From Methanobacteriota archaeon (lineage in GTDB: Archaea > Thermoplasmatota > E2 > DHVEG-1): DNA of 64,000 nt. The translations under genes were made by a program, and so were the position numbers. The stretch is from contig CAVYNH010000007.1 in assembly GCA_963769885.1 (NCBI GenBank), positions 224,001-288,000 on the forward strand, given 5' to 3'. Below are positions 20,769 through 31,913 of the stretch, piece by piece (the stretch's first letter is position 1; the number at the start of each line of letters is the position of its first letter). Under the pieces are notes generated by a model. The model saw only the letters and a list, made by a program, of their open reading frames with translations, was not told the DNA's origin and did no database searches.

Positions 20769-21599
20769 ATGGCCCCGTTCACCGTCGCCTTAGCCAGCCT
20801 GCAGCCCCACATCGCGGACAAGAAACAAAACCTCGCCCTCATGCAGCGCACCCTGAAGAAGGTCAAGGCGGACATGTACATCTTCGGCGAGTTCTTCCTC
20901 ACCGGCGACCGGTGCAAGGACGAGTACCGGGACCTCGCCGAGCCGCTCACCGGGCCGACGCTCGCCGCCGTCTCAGAGCTCGCCCGTAAGCACAAATGCT
21001 ACATCATCACCGGCATGGCGCTTAAGGACGACAAGGTGCGAGGCCTCATCTACAACGGCGCCGTCCTGGCCCACCCCTCTGGAAGCCTGGATGCCTACCA
21101 CAAATGGTTCCTCCCCACCTTCGGGCCGTTCGAGGAGAAGATCTTCTTCGACCAAGGCGAAGACCTCAGGGTCTTCCCGACGTCCTTCGGCAAGGTCGGT
21201 CTCCTCGTCTGCTACGACGTCTTCTTCCCGGAGCTCGCCAAAGCCCTCGCGCTGCAGGGCGCGGACTTCATCGTCTACATCTCCGCGGCCCCCTCCGTGA
21301 GTCGCCCCTTCTTCGAAACCATCCTGCCCGCCCGCGCCATCGAGAACACCGTCTTTGTTGCCTACGCCAACCTCACCGGCACCCAGGAGGACCTGGTCCA
21401 CTGGGGCGGCTCGCAGCTCTACGGCCCTCTTGGCAAATGCCTCGTCAAGGCACCCTATTTCAAGGAAAGCGTCGTCACCTGCACCATCGACCTCGCCGAC
21501 GTCGAAGTCGCCCGCGCCCGACGACCAGTCCTCAGAGACATCAGACCAGAAATCTACCACAACCTCTACACCTTCGCACGGACCCATAAAAAACAATAG
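20769..21599 (+). CDS. Carbon-nitrogen hydrolase (nitrilase/amidase family)
   Basis: E-K-C triad (FGEFF, YHKWFL, VCYDVFFPE), ARAIEN. Confidence 0.92.
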   Translation: MAPFTVALASLQPHIADKKQNLALMQRTLKKVKADMYIFGEFFLTGDRCKDEYRDLAEPLTGPTLAAVSELARKHKCYIITGMALKDDKVRGLIYNGAVLAHPSGSLDAYHKWFLPTFGPFEEKIFFDQGEDLRVFPTSFGKVGLLVCYDVFFPELAKALALQGADFIVYISAAPSVSRPFFETILPARAIENTVFVAYANLTGTQEDLVHWGGSQLYGPLGKCLVKAPYFKESVVTCTIDLADVEVARARRPVLRDIRPEIYHNLYTFARTHKKQ

Positions 21600-21702
21600 A
21601 CTCAGCCTCGGAATTTAGAAGTCATCCCGCCGTTTTCTCACCTGATTCCAAAAAGTAATATACAGACAAAAGATACAGACCCCAACGGTTACCAAACGAA
21701 CC

Positions 21703-22578
21703 ATGGGCGGGGCAACACCAGTGAAAAAAGAACAGGCATCCTTTATAAAAGAACTCGACCTCATCGCCGTCAAAATACGCAAACACGTCATCGAGATGCT
21801 CTACCGCGCCAAATCCGGCCACCCCGGCGGCAGCCTCAGCGCCGTCGACGCCATGGTCGCCCTCTACTTCCACCACATGCACATCACCCCCAACAACCCC
21901 CAGGATCCCACCCGCGACCGCTTCATCCTCAGCAAAGGACACGCTGCCCCCACCCTCTATGCCATCCTCGCCGAACTCGGCTACTTCCACACCAACGAAC
22001 TCCAATACCTCAGACAAATCAATCACATGCTCCAAGGCCACCCCGTCTGCACGCACATCCCCGGCGTTGAAGCCAGCACCGGCTCGCTCGGCCACGGCCT
22101 CTCCTTCGCCAACGGCGTCGCCCTCGCCGGCAGACTCGACCACAGAACCTACCGCGTCTACGTCCTCCTCGGCGACGGTGAAACCGACGAAGGCCAGATC
22201 TGGGAAGCCGCCGCAGCCGCCTCCCACTACAGACTCGACAACCTCTGCGCGCTCCTCGACCGCAACTACCTCCAGATCGACGGCAACACCGAAGACGTCA
22301 TGAAACTCGAATCCATCCGTAACCGCTGGGAAGCCTTCGGCTGGCACGTCCTCGAAGTCAACGGCCACAACATCGCCGAAATCGTCGACGCCCTCCTTTT
22401 GGCCAGCGACCTCAAACACCAGCCCACTATCATCATCCTCAACACCATCAAAGGCAAAGGCGTCAGCTTCATGGAAAACAACATCGACTTCCACGGCGTC
22501 GCCCCCAACGAGATGGAATACAAGCTCGCCATGAAAGAGCTCACCGCCCAACAAGAGGCACTCGAGGCCGCCCAATGA
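21703..22578 (+). CDS. tkt: Transketolase N-terminal (TPP-binding) subunit
   Basis: SGHPGGSLS, RDRFILSKGH, STGSLGHG, GDGE..EG. Confidence 0.95.
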   Translation: MGGATPVKKEQASFIKELDLIAVKIRKHVIEMLYRAKSGHPGGSLSAVDAMVALYFHHMHITPNNPQDPTRDRFILSKGHAAPTLYAILAELGYFHTNELQYLRQINHMLQGHPVCTHIPGVEASTGSLGHGLSFANGVALAGRLDHRTYRVYVLLGDGETDEGQIWEAAAAASHYRLDNLCALLDRNYLQIDGNTEDVMKLESIRNRWEAFGWHVLEVNGHNIAEIVDALLLASDLKHQPTIIILNTIKGKGVSFMENNIDFHGVAPNEMEYKLAMKELTAQQEALEAAQ

Positions 22579-23525
22579 ACAAAAAAACCATGGCAAACCC
22601 CCGAGATGCCTACGGCGAGACTCTCGCCGAGATCGGCGGTAAATACCCCAACATCGTCGTCCTCGATGCTGACCTCTCCAAATCCACCAAGACCGTCTTG
22701 TTCGCCAAGAAATACCCGGACCGGTTCTTCGAAATGGGCATCGCAGAGGCAAACATGATTTCCACCGCTGCCGGTCTCGCCAGCACCGGAAAAATCGCCT
22801 TTGCCAGCACGTTCGCTGTCTTCGCCACCGGCCGCGTCTACGACCAGATCCGCATGGACGTCGCCTACAGCATGGCCAACGTCAAGATCTTCGCGACCCA
22901 CGGCGGCATCAGCGTCGGCAAAGACGGCGCCAGCCACCAGATGATCGAGGACATCGCCCTCATGCGCGTCCTCCCAAACATGACCGTCATCACCCCCAGC
23001 GACGCCCCGCAGACCCGCTGCCTCGTCGAGCTCATGGCACAAACTCCTGGGCCGATGTATGCCAGGGTCGGCCGCGCGAACGCCCCCATTATCTACAGTG
23101 CCGACAACCTCGCCGGCCTCAGACTCGGCAAAGGAATCATCACCCGTGACGGCGACAACCTCACGATCATCGCCTGCGGCACCATGGTAGACCAGGCCAT
23201 TGACGCCTACGCCAAACTCAAAGAAAAAGGCATCAACGCCCGCATCGTCGACATGCATACCATTAAGCCCCTCGACGAAGCCTTGGTCCTAGACTGTGCG
23301 AAGAAAACAAACGCCATCATCACCGTCGAGGAACACTCCATCATCGGCGGCCTGGGCAGTGCCGTCGCCGAAGTGCTCGCCGAGCACGCCTGCGCCATCC
23401 CCTTCACCAGGATCGGCGTCCGCGACGTCTTCTGTGAATCCGGGGAGCCCGAGGAGCTCCTCGACAAGTACCAGCTAAGCTCCCCCCACATAGTCGCCGC
23501 TGCCCAACGGCTCCTCAAGCACTAA
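22575..23525 (+). CDS. tkt: Transketolase C-terminal subunit
   Basis: DADLSKST, GIAEANM, GKDGASHQ, IKPLD, VEEH. Confidence 0.95.
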   Translation: MNKKTMANPRDAYGETLAEIGGKYPNIVVLDADLSKSTKTVLFAKKYPDRFFEMGIAEANMISTAAGLASTGKIAFASTFAVFATGRVYDQIRMDVAYSMANVKIFATHGGISVGKDGASHQMIEDIALMRVLPNMTVITPSDAPQTRCLVELMAQTPGPMYARVGRANAPIIYSADNLAGLRLGKGIITRDGDNLTIIACGTMVDQAIDAYAKLKEKGINARIVDMHTIKPLDEALVLDCAKKTNAIITVEEHSIIGGLGSAVAEVLAEHACAIPFTRIGVRDVFCESGEPEELLDKYQLSSPHIVAAAQRLLKH

Positions 23526-23656
23526 CTACTTAAGGATTTCTCATACAACTGTTACCCGTTTTCAACAGACACTCCGATTGTTTTTAGGAGAGAACCGTCC
23601 AACAACCCTTTTATAGTTATATAGGGAATAAATATTACCCTCCAGTAGGCCTCCCT

Positions 23657-25657
23657 ATGGACCGCGAGAACTTCCCTTCCTATATACCAGCTGACAAGGA
23701 AATCCCGGAACTCACAGCACGGGCTATCCTCGTCGGCATCTTCCTCGCCATCGTCCTCGGAGCAGCCAACGCCTACCTCGGCCTCTACGCGGGCATGACC
23801 GTCTCCGCCATCATCCCCGGCGCCGTCATCGCCCTAGGCATCCTCAGACCCTTTAAACCAACTATCCTTGAAGTCAACATCGCCACCATGGGCGCCTCAG
23901 CCGGCGAATGCATCGCCGCCGGCGTCATCTTCACCATCCCCGCCCTGCTCTTGCTCGGCACCTGGTCTGAGATCAATTACCTGCAGACCACGATTATTTC
24001 CCTCGTCGGCGGAATGCTCGGCGTCTTCTGGATGGTGCCCCTCCGACGGGCCCTCGTGGTCAAAACAGACCTCCCGTTCCCGGAAGGCATCGCGGTCGCT
24101 GCCGTCCTCACCACCACGGTCGGGGGAAGAAAAAAAGATAAAAGAACCGCGCGCCTCAGCGGCATCTGGCTCGTCTACGGCGCCGTCATCGCCGCCCTCT
24201 TCAAATTCTTCCAGCTCACCCTTGTCCTTTTCCGCGAGACCGTGGACGGCATCGTCAACATCGGAAAATACGACATCGTCGGGAAAACCAGAGAAGCCTG
24301 GTTCTACGGAGGCACCACCCTCTCCCCAGCACTAGCCGCGGTCGGCTGGATCATCGGCCCGCAGATTTCCTCCTACGTCCTCGTCGGCGGCCTCATCGGC
24401 TGGGTCATCATCGCCCCGCTCATGATCCTTAGCAACGGACTCCCCGCTCCCCTCCCCGAATATTCAGGATTGGGGCCGCTCATTGGCGGATTCTACACCC
24501 TCTGGGGGAACCAAGTCCGCTACATCGGCGTGGGCACGATGCTTGTGGGTGGGCTCTGGGCGGTCTACTCGATCCGCAGCAACCTCGTCGAAAGCGTCCG
24601 CGAAGCCGTCATCGGCATCCGTTCTGGCGGCGGCCCCGCCAGGAAACGCACCGAACAGGACCTCAGCTACAAGCTCGTCTTCGTCGCCATCGGCCTGCTC
24701 ATCATCCCGACCTTCTTCCTGTACCAATGGCTCTCTGGACTCACCCTCGTTTCATTAATCATGGCAGTCCTAACCGTGTTTCTCGCATTCATCGCAAGCG
24801 CCCTCGCCGGATACCTGACCGGACTCGTAGGATCCTCGAACTGTCCCATCTCGGGGGTCACGGTCACGGTGCTGCTCATCGTCAGCCTCCTGTTGTTCGC
24901 CCTTGGAGTCCGCGGAGGCAATGGCATCGCGATCGCAATCTTCATCTGCGCTGTGGTCAGCATCGGCGCCTCAATCTCAGGCGATCTTCTGCAGACCATG
25001 GCGTCGGGGCAGATGATCGGGGCGACGCCACGGCGCCTGCAAATCTCCATGATCTTCGGCGTCATCACGGTCTCCGCAATAGTGGGCGTCATCGTCGGCG
25101 TCCTCAATCAAGCGTTCAAGATAGGGAGCCAGAAGCTACCCGCGCCTCAGGCGTTCCTCATGAAAGGCATCGCGGAGCAGTTCTTCGGAACCGGGGGAAA
25201 TGCGCTGCTGCCGTTCTTCATCGTCGGCGCGGTGCTCGCCTTCGTCCTTATCCTCATCAACCTGCCGGTGCTACCGGTTGCCATCGGCATCTACCTTCCC
25301 TTCACGTTGTCTGTCCCGATTTTTATCGGCGGGGTGACCCGCTATCTCCTTGACCGAAGCCTCATGAAACGCTACGGGAGCGCGGGAGAAGAAGAGCTGA
25401 CCGCCTGGGAGGCGGCAATCCAGGACACAGGTATCTCAGATAAGCAGAAGGCGATCCGCACTGGGCTGCTGTTCACCGCCGGCCTCGTCGCCGGCGAGGC
25501 GCTCATGGGCGTTGTCGCCGCCGTCCTCATCGTCCTCGGGTTGAACCTCGCGGTCTTCACGGACGCCCCAGTCTGGCCAGGGCTCCTGCTCTTCAGCTAC
25601 ATCTGCGTCATGCTCGTCTACATCCCCTTCCGAGTCCTGAAAAAAAAGAAAGCATAA
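23657..25657 (+). CDS. OPT-family oligopeptide transporter
   Basis: ELTARA, NAYLGLYAGMTVSA.IP, LPFPEG.A, GSSNCPISG, LPAPQA, GLVAGEAL; many TMs. Confidence 0.94.
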   Translation: MDRENFPSYIPADKEIPELTARAILVGIFLAIVLGAANAYLGLYAGMTVSAIIPGAVIALGILRPFKPTILEVNIATMGASAGECIAAGVIFTIPALLLLGTWSEINYLQTTIISLVGGMLGVFWMVPLRRALVVKTDLPFPEGIAVAAVLTTTVGGRKKDKRTARLSGIWLVYGAVIAALFKFFQLTLVLFRETVDGIVNIGKYDIVGKTREAWFYGGTTLSPALAAVGWIIGPQISSYVLVGGLIGWVIIAPLMILSNGLPAPLPEYSGLGPLIGGFYTLWGNQVRYIGVGTMLVGGLWAVYSIRSNLVESVREAVIGIRSGGGPARKRTEQDLSYKLVFVAIGLLIIPTFFLYQWLSGLTLVSLIMAVLTVFLAFIASALAGYLTGLVGSSNCPISGVTVTVLLIVSLLLFALGVRGGNGIAIAIFICAVVSIGASISGDLLQTMASGQMIGATPRRLQISMIFGVITVSAIVGVIVGVLNQAFKIGSQKLPAPQAFLMKGIAEQFFGTGGNALLPFFIVGAVLAFVLILINLPVLPVAIGIYLPFTLSVPIFIGGVTRYLLDRSLMKRYGSAGEEELTAWEAAIQDTGISDKQKAIRTGLLFTAGLVAGEALMGVVAAVLIVLGLNLAVFTDAPVWPGLLLFSYICVMLVYIPFRVLKKKKA

Positions 25658-25690
25658 CCACATCACCAATGAGGCATTGAAGAATCCGTT

Positions 25691-26074
25691 CTATGACTGC
25701 TTCTCGGTCAGTTCGTAAAGATTCCCTGCAACGTCCCGCACGAAAGACAAGGTTTTCTCTCCCCGCGGCACCGTGAAACACTCCACCCCATGCTCCTTGC
25801 ATGCTGTAAAAACCCTGGCGAGATTATCAACCTCAAGCCCCACATGCAGATACCCGATGGCCGCCGTCGACGACGTAATGAACGCCTCCACCCTCATATG
25901 CCCATTGTCATAAACGAGGACCTCGACCGCCCCAGACGCCCTGAAGATCAGGGACGACAGCTCAGAGGACACGGAGAACGACCGCGTCCGCGGCACCCCA
26001 AGAATCGTGCAAAAGAACACGTCCGCATCCCGCCGACTCCGGCAGGGAACCCCAAAATGACTCACCGACACCAT
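25691..26074 (-). CDS. VOC/glyoxalase-family protein
   Basis: SHFGV...FF..ILG...HVGLEV...FVRDVAGNLYEL. Confidence 0.8.
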   Translation of the reverse strand: MVSVSHFGVPCRSRRDADVFFCTILGVPRTRSFSVSSELSSLIFRASGAVEVLVYDNGHMRVEAFITSSTAAIGYLHVGLEVDNLARVFTACKEHGVECFTVPRGEKTLSFVRDVAGNLYELTEKQS

Positions 26075-26240
26075 ACCCCACCCATACCCTTCCACCGTAC
26101 ATAAACATGAGCATAAAAAAACGGACTACGAAACGAGAAAGAAAGGGGGATGGCAGATCCTCACCACGAATCAACCACGACTCGAAGACACTCCCATCCA
26201 GATCCGAAACAACAAATTCTTGGACTTCTCAGATAACCAT

Positions 26241-26414
26241 TTAGTACCGCTTCGGCCGATGATTCTGATAACAATCCTTGCAGTACACCGGGCGCGACCC
26301 GTCGGGTTTGAACGGAACCTGCGTCTGCTTCCCGCAATCCGCACACGTCACATCATGCATCTCACGAGGCGCACCAAAATTCCGCCCTCGATCAAATCTA
26401 CGTTGTCTTTCCAT
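26241..26414 (-). CDS. CxxC-x17-CxxC zinc-ribbon protein
   Basis: PREMHDVTCADCGKQTQVPFKPDGSRPVYCKDCY. Confidence 0.9.
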   Translation of the reverse strand: MERQRRFDRGRNFGAPREMHDVTCADCGKQTQVPFKPDGSRPVYCKDCYQNHRPKRY

Positions 26415-26595
26415 AACAAACACTTCCTTACACAGTTCTTCCAAGCCCCTAAATCCAAACCGGGGCCCATACCCACAGCGAATCCCTATTCAGTTTATAA
26501 TAATATCCGACACCCCAAAAAAACCACCACCCCACAGCAATACATTTTTATAACGACACAACCTTAAAACTATGTACAGAAAAGGGGATCACCAT

Positions 26596-28517
26596 ATGAA
26601 GACCATCACCAAACCAGCCATCAGCCTCCTTATCCTCACCCTCATCGCCTTCAGCGGCACCACCGCTCTCGCCACACCCCAACCCAGCACCCACAGCATC
26701 CATGACACCATCACCACACCCACCCCAACCCTCACCCCCACCACGACCGGAACCAGCATCACCCTCACCACCGCCGACACCTACACCAGCACCCCCGGCG
26801 ACCCCCAACTCCCCACCATCCACCGCACCTACGAGTTCCCCCTCGGCACCACCATCGCCTCCATCACCGCCATCCCCCAAGTCATGATCACCATCCCCCT
26901 CATCGGCCTCGTCACCACAACCCCACGGCCCCTCGCCGACCCAGCCTCACAATCCCCCGTTGTCACCCTCAGCCCCGCCTACACCATGGACCAGGCATAC
27001 CCTCTCACTTGGTCGTCATACTACCTGACCGGTGGTCTAAACCGCCAAGACCAGTCCACCGCATTCCTGACCATCGAACTCCACCCAGTCCGCTATAACC
27101 CCATTCGCCAGACACTCCAATATACCACCGAATTCACCCTCGACATTAACTACCTCTTACCTCAGTCAACCCCCACTCTCACCAACGAGACCACGCTCGT
27201 CATCCTCACCGCTGATAATTACAAGCATCTCCTGACTCCCCTGATGAACCATAAGATCGCCTGCGGCATCAGCACTAAAATCGTCACCATCGACGACATC
27301 AAAAAAGGAGCCTATTTCCCGGCCAACGGGCGCGATATCGCTGAACAGATGAAGTATTTCATCAAGGCCGCGCACGAAAACTGGGGTACCTGTACGTGAT
27401 GCTGGTCGGCGACTTCAGAAAAATCCCGACCCGGGACGTCTGCATCGAGACGGATACCGGCGGACTGTATCAAGAACTTGACTTCCCATCAGATCTCTAC
27501 TTCGCCGATCTCTACGACGGAACTGGTAACTTCTCCAGTTGGGACACCAACGGTAACGGCAAGTACGGCGAATGGCCGTTTCCAGAGGGTCATGCCATGG
27601 TCGACGCTATGGACTTCGTCCCGGATGTCCATGTCGCCAGACTCGCCTGTCTCTCCAAAGCAGAGGTACGAACCCAGGTATCGAAGATCATCCTGTACGA
27701 GACCATGACCGCGAACGCCAGCTGGTTTTCCCGGATGGTCGTCGCTGGCGGCGACACCTTCGATAAAGCCATGGAGGGCGGCACCGACTACAATGAAGGG
27801 GAGGTCACCACCCAGGCGGCCCTCGACGTCATGGACAGCTTCACTCCAATCAAGATTTGGGCATCATTGGGGAACCTGACCACGGCCAACATCCAATCGC
27901 AAATCGACCAGGGCGCGGGGTTCCTCTACCTCTGCGGCCACGGCAGTCCGAAGAACTGGGGAACTCACAACAATGGCGACTATAAGAACTGGACTGAGGG
28001 CATGCACAACTCTGAGATCAGGGAGCTAACGAACAGGAATAAATGCCCGGTGCTCATGGTCGGTGGCTGTCACAACAGCGAAATTGACGTCGCACCCATC
28101 AACCTCATCAAAGGCATCCTGACTGAAGGACGCGATTACTTTACGATTACGGCTGACCATCTTGGCGGCTACTTCCTCTACAACTACGCGCTTTGGACTT
28201 GGAGCTGGGTCTTCGTCAAGGACTCTACCGGCGCGATCGCCTCCATAGGAAGCAGCGGGTACGGGTGCGTGGACATCGGGGACCACGACCATGATAACAT
28301 CCCTGACTGCACCGAGCGGTACGATGGATGGCTCGAGATCGAGTTTTTCCGACTCTACAGCCAGAATCACCTCACGGTCTTAGGGCAGACGTACGGCGCA
28401 GACATCACCGAGTACGCCCACAACTTCCCGGTCCTGACGAACAGGTATGATGCGAAAGTCGTGGCCACACACGTGCTCCTCGGCGATCCATCGCTTCTTA
28501 TCGGCGGATACAAATAA
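26596..28517 (+). CDS. C25 (gingipain-like) cysteine peptidase with propeptide, frameshift at about 27389
   Basis: Signal peptide, C25 propeptide (PGDPQLP, HPVRYNP), then YVMLVGD, SDLYFAD, catalytic GHG and GGC, LLGDPSL. Confidence 0.88.
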
Positions 28518-28553
28518 AAAAAATGGAAGGAGGAAGAAAAAAGACTCCTTGCC

Positions 28554-28907
28554 TTAGGTATTAGAAGAGTGGACCAGCCAGGCATCCCGTGGGATCTTGT
28601 CGTAGATTGCGTAGGGTGTCTCCTCAGCGAGCCTGCGTTTCGCGCCGCCGCGGATGCCGTCGATGTTGAAGGACCAGTAGAATTTGCGGACGTACTTGCC
28701 GTTTTCTTTGATTTCTTCGCGGCGCAGGTTGAGGAGGTTTTTCTGATGGAGTTCGTAAAAGAGCGAGCGGACATGCTTGTCCAGACTCATGTCCTCGACC
28801 TCCTTGCGGCCTCGGAAGGCCTTTGTGATGGTCCTTGCGAGCGCCTCTGCGTCCTCGCTTGACATGTCGAAGCCGTTTTTCAGTGCCCGTTTAAAGAGTG
28901 TGTTCAT
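28554..28907 (-). CDS. DUF6015-like winged-helix protein (paralogue of 20240)
   Basis: VRSLFYELHQKNLLNLRREE..E.GK..RKFYW...IYDKIPRDAW. Confidence 0.7.
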   Translation of the reverse strand: MNTLFKRALKNGFDMSSEDAEALARTITKAFRGRKEVEDMSLDKHVRSLFYELHQKNLLNLRREEIKENGKYVRKFYWSFNIDGIRGGAKRRLAEETPYAIYDKIPRDAWLVHSSNT

Positions 28908-29043
28908 ATCCTCGTCACCACACTCTTCCCTTTGCCAAGTCTTCTTATTAACGAGTTATGCGACGGGCCTTACCCGGTTCCTGTACAACTGTTGCCTGAA
29001 CCAAAAAACTTGAAAAAAACAGGTCAATGCATAGTCAGTCTAA

Positions 29044-29235
29044 TCACTCGTTCTTGACAATGCCGAAGAGGGCGATAAAGAAGGCGACGATCTCGATGAT
29101 GACCAGGGGGAAGAGGAGGTCGTTGATTTTCGCGGCGCTGAGGTTAACGCTACCCAGCGACGAGCTGAAGATGAACCGAAGCAGTAACATGACACCCCAG
29201 ATGCCGACGCCGAGTGCGATGAATGTCTTGTTCAT
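29044..29235 (-). CDS. Small two-TM membrane protein
   Basis: 63 aa, two hydrophobic helices, purine-rich upstream sequence. Confidence 0.6.
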   Translation of the reverse strand: MNKTFIALGVGIWGVMLLLRFIFSSSLGSVNLSAAKINDLLFPLVIIEIVAFFIALFGIVKNE

Positions 29236-29343
29236 AGACTCATCCCATTTCTCCTTGACAGCAACTCAATATTCATGGCGACATTATAAGACCTTCGGCA
29301 GAGGCGAAGCCTATTAAGGATTCATCGAGATTCCTTGGTCACC

Positions 29344-30009
29344 ATGCCTTCCTATGTCATTCAAGGGTCCCATCAACGCCTCAATGTGGGGAAGATTATC
29401 GGCCTCGCCCGGACGTACCGAGCGCATGCCGCGGAGATGCATGCAACGGTCACCGAAGAGCCTCTGCTGTTCCTGAAGCCGGAGAGCGCGGTGATCTTCA
29501 ACGGTGACAGCATCATCATCCCGCGATTATCACACTGCCTGCACCATGAGGTCGAACTCGGCGTGGTCATCGGGAAGAGCGGGACCGCGATACCAGAAGA
29601 AGAAGCCCGGAATCATGTTTTGGGATACCTGGTCGCATTGGACATCACCGCTCGCGATATCCAGGATGAGGCGAAAAAGAAGGGTTGGCCGTGGGCGATC
29701 GCCAAGAGCTTCGACACCTTCGCCCCTATCAGCGACGTCGCGCCACGCAGGCTCGTCCCTGACCCCATGAATTTGGAGCTATCGTTGCAGGTGAATGGGG
29801 AACGCCGTCAGCATGCGAATACTAGCCTGCTGATTTATTCCCTCGATCACATCATCTCGTTTGTCTCAGAGGTCATGACCCTGTGTGAAGGTGACCTAAT
29901 TATGACGGGGACGCCGGAGGGTGTTGGTGAGCTGCGAGAAGGGGACGTGCTGGAGGCCAGGTTGGAGGGGTACTGTACCCTGCGGGTTGATGTGCGTCGG
30001 CATCTTTAG
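29344..30009 (+). CDS. Fumarylacetoacetate hydrolase family protein
   Basis: PLLFLKP, HHEVEL, DITARD, AKSFDTF, GDLIMTGTPEGVG. Confidence 0.93.
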   Translation: MPSYVIQGSHQRLNVGKIIGLARTYRAHAAEMHATVTEEPLLFLKPESAVIFNGDSIIIPRLSHCLHHEVELGVVIGKSGTAIPEEEARNHVLGYLVALDITARDIQDEAKKKGWPWAIAKSFDTFAPISDVAPRRLVPDPMNLELSLQVNGERRQHANTSLLIYSLDHIISFVSEVMTLCEGDLIMTGTPEGVGELREGDVLEARLEGYCTLRVDVRRHL

Positions 30010-30924
30010 GCGATTTTGAGGCGTTCTTTTAACATACAGGTTTTACAGGTACTGCTGGGAGGTCGGCTCCTGGCAGCCTTTGCAGTGGTTCAGAGGGACA
30101 GCCGGATATTTCTCTAGGAGAAGGCCTCTGAGACCGTCGTAGCTTTTCAGGATGCTGTGGCGAGTCCCAGGACTGGCGTCCTCGAGCTTCGCCAGGATGT
30201 CGCGGTAGGTTCCGCGGGCAGCGCGGACCGCATAGGGGCATTCAGCGTTGTGGAACTCGAAGCCGCGCAGAATTGCGTAGAGCATGACTTCCTGTTCAGG
30301 GATCGTGCGCAAGGGCAGGCCGCGGGGGATGAACCCGGGCTGGATCCGGCTGTGGGGGCCGAGTCGGGTGAGTTTTTCGAGGTCGGCGTTGACGAAGTTC
30401 ATGAGGATGGATTGCGCCATGTCGTCGAGGTTGTGGCCGGTCATGAGCCGGTCGACACCCAGCTGCCGGCTGGCGTGGTTGAGGCAGCGGCGGCGGAAGA
30501 CGCCGCAGTAGCTGCATTCGCCGATCTCATCGTGCCGCGTAGCAATCTCATCCATGGTCGCGCCGATGAGGTCTTTGAATGGGATGATGTGGTGTTCGAT
30601 GTCGAGAGCGTCGCAGGTTCGTTTTGTAATCGGGAGGCTGTGGTCGCGGTAGCCGTGGATGCCTTCGTCGACGGTGATGGCATGGAGGGTGATGCCGCGT
30701 CTTTTGGCGAAGATCTGGTGGGTGAGGTGGAGGGTAGTGGTGCTGTCTTTGCCGCCGGAGAGGGCGACGGCGATGGTCTCCTGGCCTGTGGTCTTCCATT
30801 GTTTCTTGAGGTCTTTCTTGACGCGACGTTCCACGTAGTCCTGGAAGTGGGCGGCGCAGAGGTGGGCTCCGCTGTAGCGGATGTAGGTGGCGGCAGGGGC
30901 GCGGCATTTGTCGCAGGTGGTCAT
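30006..30924 (-). CDS. ttuA: tRNA 2-thiolation protein TtuA/NcsA (TIGR00269); probable frameshift at about 30050 hides the last CxxC
   Basis: CDKC...C..HF, PP-loop SGGKDS, CSYCGVFRR, GHNLDD, CPY. The C-terminal CKGC...CKTC is restored in the adjacent frame, which ends at 30006. Confidence 0.9.
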
Positions 30925-31146
30925 AGGTGGGCGTTGGTCCTGTGGATGTTTGGTGCTGATTCTCTGGTTGTATTTAGAAGTTTCCTCTTTCGGGGAGAGG
31001 ATAGTGGGTGTGTTATCAGGAGGTGCGGATGGTTTTTCTCGGAGGGTGGTGTGTTTTTTCCAAGGTTTTATATTTCACGAGCGTATATCATCAGGCAAGA
31101 TACACTCTAACTAGTCGTTCGTGTGAGAAGAGTCGAGGAGAGTGCT

Positions 31147-31905
31147 ATGCCGGTTAAGCGTGAAGTATGTAGCACTGGGATTGAAGAGTTGGATTTGAAG
31201 ATGGAAGGCGGCATCCCCCTGGGGAGCACGGTGTTGATCACGGGCTGCAGTGGGTCCGGGAAGACGACGCTGTGCATGCAGTTCCTGTTCAATGGAGCGC
31301 GGAAGGGGGAGCGTGGCGTGTTTTTCACGATCACGGAGCCGCTGTTCAAGTTGACGAAGAACCTGGAAGGGTTCGGGTTCTATGACAAGAAGCTCATCGA
31401 GTCCGGCATGGTGAACATCATCGACCTGCGGATCATCAGTGAGCGGCTGGGGCTTGATGCGGAGAAGTACACGGTGGAGGACGCAGGCGCCCTCTTGGAT
31501 ATCTTGAAGGATATCGCGGATGAGCTGGATGTGAAGCGGCTGGTGATGGATTCGATTACGGCGCTGTGTTATCGGCTGCAGACGCGGGAGATGATCCGGG
31601 ATTTCATCTTTAAGCTGGGGACGTCGTTGGCGGTGATGAACTGTACGACGATGTTGACGTCGGAGGTGCCGCCGCAGACGTTTAAATTTTCTCAGTATGA
31701 GATCGAGGAGTTCATCTCCGATGGTATCTTTTTCCTTGGCGATGTGGAGCGGAAGGGGGATTTGATTCGGACACTGCAGGTGATCAAGATGCGTGGAACG
31801 CCGCATTCCCGGACGAAATTCTCCATGAATATCTCGGCGCAGCGGGGCATCGAGCTGATGCCGCTGTTGAAGTCCAGTGAGTTTGAATCCTTCTTGAAGA
31901 GGTGA
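31147..31905 (+). CDS. KaiC/RAD55-like single-domain ATPase (intact)
   Basis: TGIEELD..GGIP, Walker A GCSGSGKTT, RLVMDSI, EEFISDG, KMRGT. Confidence 0.92.
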   Translation: MPVKREVCSTGIEELDLKMEGGIPLGSTVLITGCSGSGKTTLCMQFLFNGARKGERGVFFTITEPLFKLTKNLEGFGFYDKKLIESGMVNIIDLRIISERLGLDAEKYTVEDAGALLDILKDIADELDVKRLVMDSITALCYRLQTREMIRDFIFKLGTSLAVMNCTTMLTSEVPPQTFKFSQYEIEEFISDGIFFLGDVERKGDLIRTLQVIKMRGTPHSRTKFSMNISAQRGIELMPLLKSSEFESFLKR

Positions 31906-31913
31906 GTCATAAC

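Noticed and set aside
28910-29030. Riboswitch in the leader of the DUF6015-like gene (CGGG-taagg-CCCG hairpin)
   Set aside because: Only a short hairpin is present and it matches no aptamer consensus I recognise.
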